Source: an uncultured Eubacteriales bacterium (GTDB taxonomy: Bacteria; Bacillota; Clostridia; Oscillospirales; UBA644). From it: a stretch of 57,891 bases of DNA. The DNA lies in the NCBI GenBank assembly GCA_934486965.1, contig CAKSQP010000001.1, positions 1 through 57,891 of the forward strand. The letters are read 5' to 3'. A program made the translations under genes and the position numbers. Every line of letters starts with the position of its first letter. Position 1 is the stretch's first letter. Below, piece after piece: positions 14,896 through 22,525 of the stretch. The notes beneath the pieces were generated by a model. That model was not told the DNA's origin and did not search any database. It was given only the letters and a program-made list of their open reading frames with translations.

Positions 14896-17172
14896 TTCTT
14901 TATTGTCGGAAGTCGGTTCTTCCTCGGTTATGTTTTCCGCCGTATTTTCTTCGCCCTTTATTTCAGGGGGGTCTTTCGGAGAAACGGGAACTTCGGGTTT
15001 GTCTTCCGCACTGCCCGCCGAGGTTTCTTCGGTTTTTTCTTCCGAAGAGGCGGGAACGGCGGGTTTTTCTTCCGCAACGCCCGCATTTACCGCGGGGTCT
15101 TCGGATTTTTCTTCCTCAATGCCCGTCTCTGCCGCGGTTTCTTCGGGTTTTTCGTTCACACAGCCCGTTTCTGTCCCGTGAGCCTCGGTTTTCGCCGCCT
15201 TATTTTTCTTTTTCATGCAGAGAAGAATTACAAGCGCGGAGATTCCGCCGCCGACAAGAAACGCCGCTGCGGGGATTATAATATAAAGGACGTTGAATCC
15301 GCCTTTGCCGTCCTTCGGGAAATCGCGACTGCCGTCCGGAGCAAAGGAAGAAGCCGTCTCGCCCGTCGATCCTGTCGCGGTAAGCGTTTCACTGCCGTTT
15401 ACAAGGAGCGAATATTCGCCGTTTTCCGCAATGTCGGAAGAGGAAAAGAAGACAAAACTTACATTGCAGGGCGCTTCCTCGGAAAACAGAGTGTTGCCCG
15501 AATAGTCGGTAACCGACATTGTTTCGCCCTTTGAAACGCCTGCGTTCTGTCCGCCGTTTCCTCCGGGGAAAGTCGGAGCGCCGCCGTCGGTCGCGCCGTC
15601 GGGAAGAGCGGGAGCATTTCCGTCAGACGAGCCGTCGGGAGGGGTCATATTGCCGTCGGAGGGCTTTTGCATTCCGCCGTTGCCGCCCTGTACGCCGTTA
15701 TTTCCGCCCTGTGTTCCGCTGTTGCCGCCTTTTGCGGTCTCGGCAAAGCCGCTGTCGGAAAGCGCCGCGCCCGTGTTGCTCTCACCCGAAGTATTATCCG
15801 AAGAATTTCCGTTCATATCGGGCGGGGTCGGTGTGCCGTTGCCGCCCTGTGTTCCGTTGTTGCCGTTCTGGGCGCCGTCGGGAGGAGTCATATTGCCGTC
15901 GGAGGGCTTTTGTATTCCGCCGTTGCCGCCCTGCACGCTGTTGTTGCTGCCCTGTGTTCCGCCGTTGCCGTTCTGAATGCTGTCAGAGGAATTTCCGCTC
16001 ATGTCGGGCGGAGTCGGCATATTTCCGCCGTTCGGCTGCATTCCGCCGCCGAAACCTCCCATGCCGCCCGAATTTCCGAAAATCAGATATCCCTGCGACG
16101 ACGAAAGGTTCATTCCCATGCCGCTGCTGCCGCCTGCAGCAAGGACAGTGCCGCCCGAAACGGTGATTTTCCCGTCCGAGTCAAGAGGCTGGTCGTCGGC
16201 GGTGTTCGCGGTCCAGACGGTGACGTTTCCGTCCGAAATATCAATGGTTCCGTTCGAATCAAAACCGTCGCCGCCCGAAGAATATGCCCAAATTTTTCCG
16301 CCCGAAATGTTTATCGCAAAGGAATAGTCGGAAAGTTCTTTATTTGCGGCGTTTATGCAATCGTCGGACGAATATACCGTGATATTTCCCGAATAAATGT
16401 TGACGGTCGCCGCCTCAAGTCCCTCTTCGCTTTCGGAAACTTTTATTGTCGGACCGTCGGTGTTTTCCGCGCCGACGTTCATTACATAATCGCAGTGAAT
16501 CCCTTTATCCTCGGCGGAAACGGTGATATTTCCGCTCAAAATGTTAAGTTCCTGTTCGGCGTTTATCGCGTCGTTTACGGTCGCCGAAACATTCAAGGTA
16601 AGGTCCTTTATTGTAAGAGACGCGTCGCCGTTGTCGTCAGAAAGTCCCGATTTTATGCCGTTTTTGCCGCTTGCGGCGACCGTAAGCGTGCCGCCGCCGC
16701 ACAAAACGACCTTTGAACCGTCCTTACATTTAATGACCGCGTTTTCGGCATTTTCGTTATCGGGATAGTTTTCGTCGTTGTTTTTTTCGGTGTCGGAAAG
16801 GAAGTTTTCGGTCCCCGCTGCCGCAATCACCGTAACTTCCGTGCCTTTTTTGCAGATTATTGCGGCGCTGTCTTCCGATTTAAGGGTGAGCCCCGACAGA
16901 ACTATCGTTACTCCCGTCGTTCCTTTATCGACGGTCACGCTGCCCGTTCCGCTGCCGGATAATATATAGGTACCCGACTTCGTTATTGTGATATTTGAGC
17001 CGTCAGACGAGCACCCGTCCCCCGAGACCGAAACGCCGTTTTCGGAAAATACGGCGGCCGTCGCCCCCTCTGCCGAATATTCCGCCGCAGAAAAAGAAAC
17101 GGGGAACAGTGTAAATAAGAATAGCGCCGCGACGATAAGTGCCGACAGGCGTAATTTTTTCGTTCTTTTCAT
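14893..17172 (-). CDS. Membrane-anchored surface protein with a Cthe_2159-like beta-helix carbohydrate-binding domain, a G/N/P-rich repeat linker, a C-terminal TM helix and an acidic tail
   Basis: The signal peptide is MKRTKKLRLSALIVAALFLFTLFPVSFSA. The segment ITITKSGTYILSGSGTGSVTVDKGTTGVTIVLSGLTL... is typical of the PF14262 'carbohydrate-binding domain-containing protein' family (my recollection). The TM helix is IIIPAAAFLVGGGISALVILLC. I chose the second ATG (17172) because of its spacing from the AAAGGA RBS. Confidence 0.8.
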   Translation of the reverse strand: MKRTKKLRLSALIVAALFLFTLFPVSFSAAEYSAEGATAAVFSENGVSVSGDGCSSDGSNITITKSGTYILSGSGTGSVTVDKGTTGVTIVLSGLTLKSEDSAAIICKKGTEVTVIAAAGTENFLSDTEKNNDENYPDNENAENAVIKCKDGSKVVLCGGGTLTVAASGKNGIKSGLSDDNGDASLTIKDLTLNVSATVNDAINAEQELNILSGNITVSAEDKGIHCDYVMNVGAENTDGPTIKVSESEEGLEAATVNIYSGNITVYSSDDCINAANKELSDYSFAINISGGKIWAYSSGGDGFDSNGTIDISDGNVTVWTANTADDQPLDSDGKITVSGGTVLAAGGSSGMGMNLSSSQGYLIFGNSGGMGGFGGGMQPNGGNMPTPPDMSGNSSDSIQNGNGGTQGSNNSVQGGNGGIQKPSDGNMTPPDGAQNGNNGTQGGNGTPTPPDMNGNSSDNTSGESNTGAALSDSGFAETAKGGNSGTQGGNNGVQGGNGGMQKPSDGNMTPPDGSSDGNAPALPDGATDGGAPTFPGGNGGQNAGVSKGETMSVTDYSGNTLFSEEAPCNVSFVFFSSSDIAENGEYSLLVNGSETLTATGSTGETASSFAPDGSRDFPKDGKGGFNVLYIIIPAAAFLVGGGISALVILLCMKKKNKAAKTEAHGTETGCVNEKPEETAAETGIEEEKSEDPAVNAGVAEEKPAVPASSEEKTEETSAGSAEDKPEVPVSPKDPPEIKGEENTAENITEEEPTSDNKE
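15631..15973 (-). repeat. In-frame ~100-bp direct repeat (period 243 bp, 81 codons) within the surface-protein gene
   Basis: Segments 15631-15730 and 15874-15973 are about 90% identical (GCCGTCGGGAGG(G/A)GTCATATTGCCGTCGGAGGGCTTTTG(C/T)ATTCCGCCGTTGCCGCCCTG...). They encode the repeated QGGNGG(I/M)QKPSDGNMTPPDG units. Confidence 0.85.
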
Positions 17173-17256
17173 AAATATCATTCCTTTCGCGTCGGTCTTT
17201 CCCGACTTCTGCGAAAAGTATAGCGCCCGAACCTTAAACGAACTTAAAGGAAAATC

Positions 17257-17276
17257 TTTAGGTTCGGTTTAGGTTC
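17257..17276 (+). promoter_or_regulatory. Direct repeat TTTAGGTTC-N2-TTTAGGTTC (11-bp period); candidate OmpR-family response-regulator binding site
   Basis: Exact 9-mers lie at 17257-17265 and 17268-17276, about 35 nt upstream of the VTC-like gene. An inverted, near-identical copy GAACCTTAAA lies at 17229-17238. Confidence 0.4.
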
Positions 17277-17310
17277 ACGGTTTATTATGTTTGCAGGAGG
17301 CGAGAGAAAA

Positions 17311-18033
17311 ATGATTCAGACTTCTTTCAAAAGATATGAAAAGAAATATAAAATCACCGCAAAGCAGAAAGAACTTTTGCTTGAAGAAATGAAAAAGTAT
17401 ATGCGCGAAGACGATTACGGAAAATATTCGCTCTGCAACATATATTACGACACCCCCGACATGAGACTTATAAGAACGTCCCTCGAAAAACCGATATATA
17501 AGGAAAAACTTCGGGTGAGAAGTTACGGAGTTCCGCGTCTCGGCGAAAAAGTTTTCGTTGAAATAAAGAAAAAATACGACGGGATAGTTTATAAAAGAAG
17601 AATTTCGGCAATGCCCGCGGAGGCGGCGGTCCTGCTTTCGGGGAACCTTTCGGGCGAACATTTCGGACAGATAGGAAAAGAAATTTCGGCGTTTCAGCAG
17701 TTTTACAGGACCGAACCGAAAGTATTTATAGGATACGACCGAGAGGCTTATGCAGGGATTTCCGACCCCGATTTGCGGATAACTTTCGACAGCAATATGC
17801 GTTACCGCACCGACAGGCTCGACCTGCGTTACGGAGATCACGGGAAATATTTTTTCGACGGCGACTACCTCTGCGAAATAAAATTTGCTGCCGCCTGTCC
17901 CCTGTGGCTTTCGGAATTCCTTTCCGAAAACGAAATTTTTCCGACGTCCTTTTCGAAATACGGAACGGTATACCGCGAAGAAATTTCGAAAGGCGAAAAC
18001 GAAACCGAAAAGGAGGGCATTTTCTGTGCTTGA
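17311..18033 (+). CDS. VTC-domain (triphosphate-tunnel, polyphosphate-polymerase-like) protein
   Basis: The start MIQTSFKRYEKKYKIT... is preceded by an AGGAGG RBS. The K/R/E-rich beta-strand pattern (RYEKKY, EKLRVRSYG, VFVEIKKKYDGIVYKRR, LCEIKF) is typical of bacterial PF09359 'polyphosphate polymerase domain-containing proteins'. Confidence 0.75.
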   Translation: MIQTSFKRYEKKYKITAKQKELLLEEMKKYMREDDYGKYSLCNIYYDTPDMRLIRTSLEKPIYKEKLRVRSYGVPRLGEKVFVEIKKKYDGIVYKRRISAMPAEAAVLLSGNLSGEHFGQIGKEISAFQQFYRTEPKVFIGYDREAYAGISDPDLRITFDSNMRYRTDRLDLRYGDHGKYFFDGDYLCEIKFAAACPLWLSEFLSENEIFPTSFSKYGTVYREEISKGENETEKEGIFCA

Positions 18034-18682
18034 TTCAATAATAGGAACGGAACTCACCGTTGAAACTTTTATAATCTGTACTTTGGTATCTCTCGTTTTG
18101 GGCGTGCTTATCTCGGTCGTCAGTATGTATAAAACGCGGTCGTCGCAGAGCTTTGCGATAACCCTTGCAATTTTACCCGCGGTCGTCCAGATAATCATAA
18201 TGCTCGTAAACGGAAACATCGGAGCGGGCGTTGCGGTCGCAGGGGCTTTCAGTCTTGTCCGCTTCCGTTCGGCTCCCGGCTCGGCAAAGGAAATCGGCTC
18301 GATTTTCCTTGCAATGGCTGTGGGACTTGCAACCGGGATGGGCTATGTTTTCCTTGCGGCGATAATGTTTTTGCTTGTTTCGGCGGTTATTATAATCCTT
18401 ACCGCGACGGGCTTCGGCGGAAGAAAAACCGAGAAGATGTTGAAGATAACAATTCCGGAAAATCTCGATTACGAAGGGCTTTTCGACGATCTTTTCGAAA
18501 AATATACCCTTTCGCACGAACTTGTAAAGGTCAAAACTTCGAATATGGGAACGCTTTACGAACTCGAATATATTATAACCCTCAAAGGCACCGTTCCGAA
18601 AAGTTTTATCGACGACATTCGCTGTCGGAACGGAAACCTTAATATCGTCTGCGGCAGAACGGGCGAAAAAGAGGCTTTATAG
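18026..18682 (+). CDS. DUF4956-family membrane protein (usual partner of bacterial VTC-domain proteins)
   Basis: A GTG start at 18026 follows an AAGGAGGG RBS and overlaps the VTC gene stop by 8 nt. The protein has four predicted TM helices (e.g. FAITLAILPAVVQIIIMLV, IFLAMAVGLATGMGYVFLAAIMF) and a soluble C-terminal domain. Confidence 0.7.
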   Translation: MLDSIIGTELTVETFIICTLVSLVLGVLISVVSMYKTRSSQSFAITLAILPAVVQIIIMLVNGNIGAGVAVAGAFSLVRFRSAPGSAKEIGSIFLAMAVGLATGMGYVFLAAIMFLLVSAVIIILTATGFGGRKTEKMLKITIPENLDYEGLFDDLFEKYTLSHELVKVKTSNMGTLYELEYIITLKGTVPKSFIDDIRCRNGNLNIVCGRTGEKEAL

Positions 18683-18683
18683 A

Positions 18684-18712
18684 TTGACTTTACCGCAAAT
18701 TTTAAGTATACT
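18684..18712 (+). promoter_or_regulatory. Sigma-A-type promoter for the second RR/HK pair
   Basis: TTGACT (18684-18689), 17 nt, TATACT (18707-18712). Confidence 0.55.
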
Positions 18713-18732
18713 GTTATCGGCAGGTGATAAAA

Positions 18733-19407
18733 ATGCGTTTGCTTATCGCAGAAGACGAAAAGGACCTTGCGGAGGCGCTTACCGTCTTTTTTGAAAAAAA
18801 CAATTTCTCGGCGGACGCCGTTTACGACGGGCAGGACGCCTACGACTACGCAATTTCGGGCGGCTATGACGCGATAATCCTCGACATTATGATGCCGAAG
18901 ATGAACGGACTTGAAGTCCTCGGGAAATTACGCCGCGAGGGGATAAAAACTCCCGTCATGATGCTGACGGCAAAGGGTCAGACTTATGACAGGATAGCGG
19001 GATTTGACGCGGGCGCGGACGACTATCTTCCGAAACCGTTCGAACCCGACGAACTCATAAGCCGCGTTCGGGCAATGCTCCGCCGGAGCGAAGATTACCG
19101 CCCGACAGTCCTTAATTTTGCGGATATCTCCCTTGATTCGGGGTCGGGTCTTCTTTCCTGCGGGAATAAGACCGTCCGTCTTTCGGGCAGGGAATTTCAA
19201 CTTGCCGAAATGTTTATCCGCTCCCCCGGTTTCGTTTTTTCCGCCGACAGGATAATGGAAAAGATATGGGGCTGGGAAAGCGACGCCGAGATAAACGTCG
19301 TTTGGGTCCACATCTCGAACCTGCGCAAAAAATTAAAACAGATAGGCTCAAAAGTCTCAATTCAGGCAAACAGAGGCCTCGGATATTATATGGAGGCTGA
19401 AAAATGA
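18733..19407 (+). CDS. OmpR-family response regulator
   Basis: MRLLIAEDEKDLAEAL..., receiver motifs ILDIMMPKMNG and DDYLPKPF, and a winged-helix C-terminus (ANRGLGYYM). Confidence 0.9.
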   Translation: MRLLIAEDEKDLAEALTVFFEKNNFSADAVYDGQDAYDYAISGGYDAIILDIMMPKMNGLEVLGKLRREGIKTPVMMLTAKGQTYDRIAGFDAGADDYLPKPFEPDELISRVRAMLRRSEDYRPTVLNFADISLDSGSGLLSCGNKTVRLSGREFQLAEMFIRSPGFVFSADRIMEKIWGWESDAEINVVWVHISNLRKKLKQIGSKVSIQANRGLGYYMEAEK

Positions 19408-20672
19408 TAAAAAAACTGCGCCTGCGCTTTATAAATATAGCGACTCTTTCGGTCGCGGCGGTAATGCTCCTGCTTGCCGTCGCGGTCAATGCCGCGTCCT
19501 TTTATTCCGCGAATTCCGACCTTGACAAAACGATAAACCTTATTTACGAAAACGACGGAACTGTTCCCGAAAACAAGGTCGTACCGCCGAAAGACGACAT
19601 CGGAACTCCGCCGCCCGACAAAAAAGATCCGCACGAAGAGAGAGGAAACGGTCCTTTCACCGCCGAAACGCCCTATTCGACGAGATTTTTCGTTCTGAAA
19701 TGCGACGAAAACGGAAACCTTGTTTCGTCAAATTTCGACAAGATAGCGTCGGTCACCGAAAACGACACCTCCGAATTTCTCGCGGCGGCATTGAAAAAAG
19801 GACACGGATACGGTTTTTACGGCAACTATAAATTTTTCGTTTCCGACCCCGAAAACGGCGAAAAAACGATAATCTTCCTTGACTGTTACCGCGAACTGCG
19901 CTCCGCAAAAACTTTGATTATATGGTCGGCGGTCGCGGTCGTGGGCTGTACGTTGCTCGTTTTCCTGCTTGTCGTTTTCTTCTCGAAAAAAGCGGTCGAA
20001 CCCGTCGCGGAAAGTTACGAAAAGCAAAAACGTTTCATCACCGACGCAAGCCATGAATTAAAGACGCCGATAACGGTCATCGCGACAAGTCTGCGCGTTC
20101 TCGAAATGGAAACGGGCAAACAGAAATGGATAGACAAAGCCAAAAGCCAGACCGAGAAACTTACCGAACTTGTAAATTCGCTCGTTTCGCTTTCGCGTCT
20201 CGACGAAGAAAAGTCGCCCCTTAAATTTTCGGGATTCAACATAAGCGACGCGGTAAACGAGACCGCCGAATCATTTTCCGATTTCGCCGCGTCAAACGGC
20301 AAAACGCTTGAAATTTCGGTCGAACCCGACATAACTTATAACGGAAACGAATACGCCGTCCGCCAACTCGTTTCAATACTTATCGACAACGCGGTAAAAT
20401 ATGCCGACCCGTCGTCGCCTATCCTTGTTTCTCTTAAAAAATCAAAGAAAAAGATAATAATAAAAACGGAAAACGCCTGCGCCGAACCGATAAAAGGCGA
20501 TCTTTCAAAACTTTTCGACAGGTTTTACCGCGCGGACGAAAGCCGAAATTCGGAAACGGGCGGTTTCGGGATAGGTCTTTCGCTCGCAAAAAGCATTGCG
20601 GAGGGACACGGCGGCAAAATTTCGGCGTCTTCCCCCGAAGCAAACAAAATAGAATTTACCGTCACTCTTTAA
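19404..20672 (+). CDS. Sensor histidine kinase (2 TM, extracytoplasmic loop, HisKA-HATPase)
   Basis: The 422-aa ORF has the H-box SHELKTPIT, the G-box GGFGIGLSLAKSIAEGHGG, and an ATGA overlap with the response regulator stop. Confidence 0.9.
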   Translation: MIKKLRLRFINIATLSVAAVMLLLAVAVNAASFYSANSDLDKTINLIYENDGTVPENKVVPPKDDIGTPPPDKKDPHEERGNGPFTAETPYSTRFFVLKCDENGNLVSSNFDKIASVTENDTSEFLAAALKKGHGYGFYGNYKFFVSDPENGEKTIIFLDCYRELRSAKTLIIWSAVAVVGCTLLVFLLVVFFSKKAVEPVAESYEKQKRFITDASHELKTPITVIATSLRVLEMETGKQKWIDKAKSQTEKLTELVNSLVSLSRLDEEKSPLKFSGFNISDAVNETAESFSDFAASNGKTLEISVEPDITYNGNEYAVRQLVSILIDNAVKYADPSSPILVSLKKSKKKIIIKTENACAEPIKGDLSKLFDRFYRADESRNSETGGFGIGLSLAKSIAEGHGGKISASSPEANKIEFTVTL

Positions 20673-20691
20673 GACTGCCTCAGGAGGCTAT

Positions 20692-21270
20692 ATGATTTTT
20701 AAGATATCCGCACTCATTCTTCTCGCCGCTTTTTATGCCTGCTACTTTATAAAGATGTTCGGGCAAAGAAAAAAAGGGATAAAAACCTCGCAGATAGGCA
20801 AAGGCAAAACTGGAAAAACCCGAACGGTAGAATATCTGATGTCCGTTTCGACGGTCCTTGCCGTCATAGCCGAAGTTGCAAGCATTATTGTCGGAACGAC
20901 CGTTTTTCCGCTCTTTTTGCGGATAATCGGGCTTGCTATCACGGCGGCGGGAGTTGCCGTCTTTATCGCGGCGGTCGTAACGATGAGGGACAGTTGGAGA
21001 GTCGGTGTTCCCGAAGAAAAGAAAACGGCTATTGTCACAACGGGAATTTTTTCCGTAAGCCGCAACCCCGCGTTTCTCGGTTTCGACCTCGTTTATCTCG
21101 GAATCCTTCTGATGTTTTTCAATCCGTTTCTCCTGCTCTTTTCTGTGTTTTCGGCGGTAATGCTTCATTTGCAGACCGTTGTTGTCGAAGAACCGTTTCT
21201 TCGCGAGGCGTTCGGAAAAGAGTATGAAAATTATACAAAAAATGTCTGCCGCTACCTCGGAAAAAAATAA
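20692..21270 (+). CDS. Isoprenylcysteine carboxyl methyltransferase (ICMT/PEMT)-family membrane methyltransferase
   Basis: The 192-aa polytopic ORF has an AGGAGG RBS. The segment TTGIFSVSRNPAFLGFDLVYLG...EEPFLREAFGKEYENY is typical of the ICMT family. Confidence 0.75.
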   Translation: MIFKISALILLAAFYACYFIKMFGQRKKGIKTSQIGKGKTGKTRTVEYLMSVSTVLAVIAEVASIIVGTTVFPLFLRIIGLAITAAGVAVFIAAVVTMRDSWRVGVPEEKKTAIVTTGIFSVSRNPAFLGFDLVYLGILLMFFNPFLLLFSVFSAVMLHLQTVVVEEPFLREAFGKEYENYTKNVCRYLGKK

Positions 21271-21298
21271 AAATACAAAAAAAGTTTTTATTTATGTA

Positions 21299-21327
21299 TT
21301 GACAAAGCGAAAAAAGAGGTATATAAT
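21299..21327 (+). promoter_or_regulatory. Consensus sigma-A promoter for the leader and ABC-importer operon
   Basis: TTGACA (21299-21304), exactly 17 nt, TATAAT (21322-21327). Confidence 0.7.
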
Positions 21328-21358
21328 TGTGTCATATTAAAACGAAAGGAAAACGAAG

Positions 21359-21442
21359 ATGAACCGCAATTTTTACTTTGCATACTTTTATTATTACTTT
21401 TATTTTAAGAAAAGTAATATAATTTGTGATGCACGTAAATAG
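21359..21442 (+). CDS. Putative Tyr/Phe-rich leader peptide (27 aa)
   Basis: My own translation gives MNRNFYFAYFYYYFYFKKSNIICDARK*. The RBS-like GAAAGGA ends 8 nt before the ATG. Codons 21371-21406 are 5 Phe, 6 Tyr and 1 Ala. The ORF is below the ORF-track length cutoff. Confidence 0.5.
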   Translation: MNRNFYFAYFYYYFYFKKSNIICDARK

Positions 21443-21476
21443 GTTTATCGGGTCTCTCCGTTTTATAAAGGCTATT

Positions 21477-21509
21477 ACACACGGTATCACAACCGTGTGT
21501 TTTTTATTT
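21477..21509 (+). terminator. Intrinsic terminator (attenuator) inside the 5' leader of the ABC-importer operon
   Basis: A 9-bp stem pairs ACACACGGT (21477-21485) with ACCGTGTGT (21492-21500), followed by TTTTTATTT. It lies 25 nt upstream of the substrate-binding-protein ATG. Confidence 0.75.
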
Positions 21510-21533
21510 GGCAAAAGAAAGGAAAGAAAAACA

Positions 21534-22496
21534 ATGAAAATCAAGAAAATCGTATCCATCGTTCTCGCCGCGGCGCTTCTTGTCGCCTGCGTGCTCTCCC
21601 TCTCCGCCTGCGGAGAAAAAAAGGTATATACCGTAGGTATCTGCCAGCTTGTCCGTCACGAAGCGCTTGACGCCGCGACCCAAGGCTTCAAGGACGCCCT
21701 CGTAAAGGCGCTCGGCGAAGAAAACGTAACATTTATCGAACAGAACGCCCAGAACGACACCAACGCCTGCTCGACGATAGTGACAGACTTCGTTTCCAAA
21801 AACGTCGACCTCATTCTTGCAAACGCCACCCCCGCTCTTCAGGCGGCGTTCAACGCGACCCAGACTATCCCCGTTCTCGGAACTTCCATAACCGAATACG
21901 GCGTTGCTCTCGGGATAAACGACTTTAACGGAACTGTCGGAGGCAACGTTTCGGGAACTTCCGACCTTGCTCCCCTTACCGAACAGGCGGACATGATCCT
22001 CGAACTCTTCCCCGAAGCCAAAAACGTCGGACTTATCTACTGTTCCGCAGAAGCAAACTCCGCATATCAGATAAAAGTTATCGAAGAATACCTCACCGCT
22101 AAAGGTCTTACCTGCACCCGCTACTCCTTCAGCGACTCGAACGACATTTCCGCCGTTACGACTACCGCGGCGTCCCAGAGCGATGTAATTTATATCCCGA
22201 CCGACAACACCGCCGCGTCCTGCACCGAAACGATAGGCAACATCGTAAGAGAAAAGAAAGTTCCCGTCGTCGCGGGCGAACAGGGAATTGCCGCAGGTTG
22301 CGGAGTCGCTACCCTTTCCATTTCATACTATGACCTCGGCGTAAAAACCGGCGAAATGGCGGCAAAAATACTCAAGGGAGAGGCAAACATCTCCGAAATG
22401 CCCATCGAATACGCAACCGCAACAAAAATGTATAACCCCGAGATCTGCAACGAACTCGGAATCACCATTCCCGACGGATACACCGCTATTCAGTAA
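21534..22496 (+). CDS. ABC transporter substrate-binding lipoprotein (COG2984 / ABC_sub_bind family)
   Basis: I place the start at MKIKKIVSIVLAAALLVACVLSLSACGEKK, which has a lipobox LSAC. The segment YTVGICQLVRHEALDAATQGF is typical of the family. The ORF-track upstream extension covers the leader and terminator. Confidence 0.85.
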   Translation: MKIKKIVSIVLAAALLVACVLSLSACGEKKVYTVGICQLVRHEALDAATQGFKDALVKALGEENVTFIEQNAQNDTNACSTIVTDFVSKNVDLILANATPALQAAFNATQTIPVLGTSITEYGVALGINDFNGTVGGNVSGTSDLAPLTEQADMILELFPEAKNVGLIYCSAEANSAYQIKVIEEYLTAKGLTCTRYSFSDSNDISAVTTTAASQSDVIYIPTDNTAASCTETIGNIVREKKVPVVAGEQGIAAGCGVATLSISYYDLGVKTGEMAAKILKGEANISEMPIEYATATKMYNPEICNELGITIPDGYTAIQ

Positions 22497-22525
22497 TTTC
22501 CTGAGGGCAGGGAAAGGAAAATAAT

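Noticed and set aside
14219-15534. Two very long plus-strand ORFs (320 aa and 428 aa, Pro/Ser/Phe-rich) and a 164-aa Arg/Gly-rich minus-strand ORF across the C-rich tract
   Set aside because: They have no RBS or credible start and are low-complexity. They stay open only because the G-poor (or, on the other strand, C-poor) composition leaves few stop codons. The plus-strand ORFs continue antisense into the well-supported surface-protein gene. I treat them as composition artefacts, although a decayed gene origin should still be tested by tBLASTx.
21330-21533. T-box or known riboswitch in the ABC-importer leader
   Set aside because: I could not find the conserved T-box sequence (AGGGTGGTACCGCG-like) or specifier-loop architecture, nor the hallmark cores of the TPP, SAM, purine, glycine, lysine or FMN classes. 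The Tyr/Phe mini-ORF explains the leader better. An Rfam scan should still be run.
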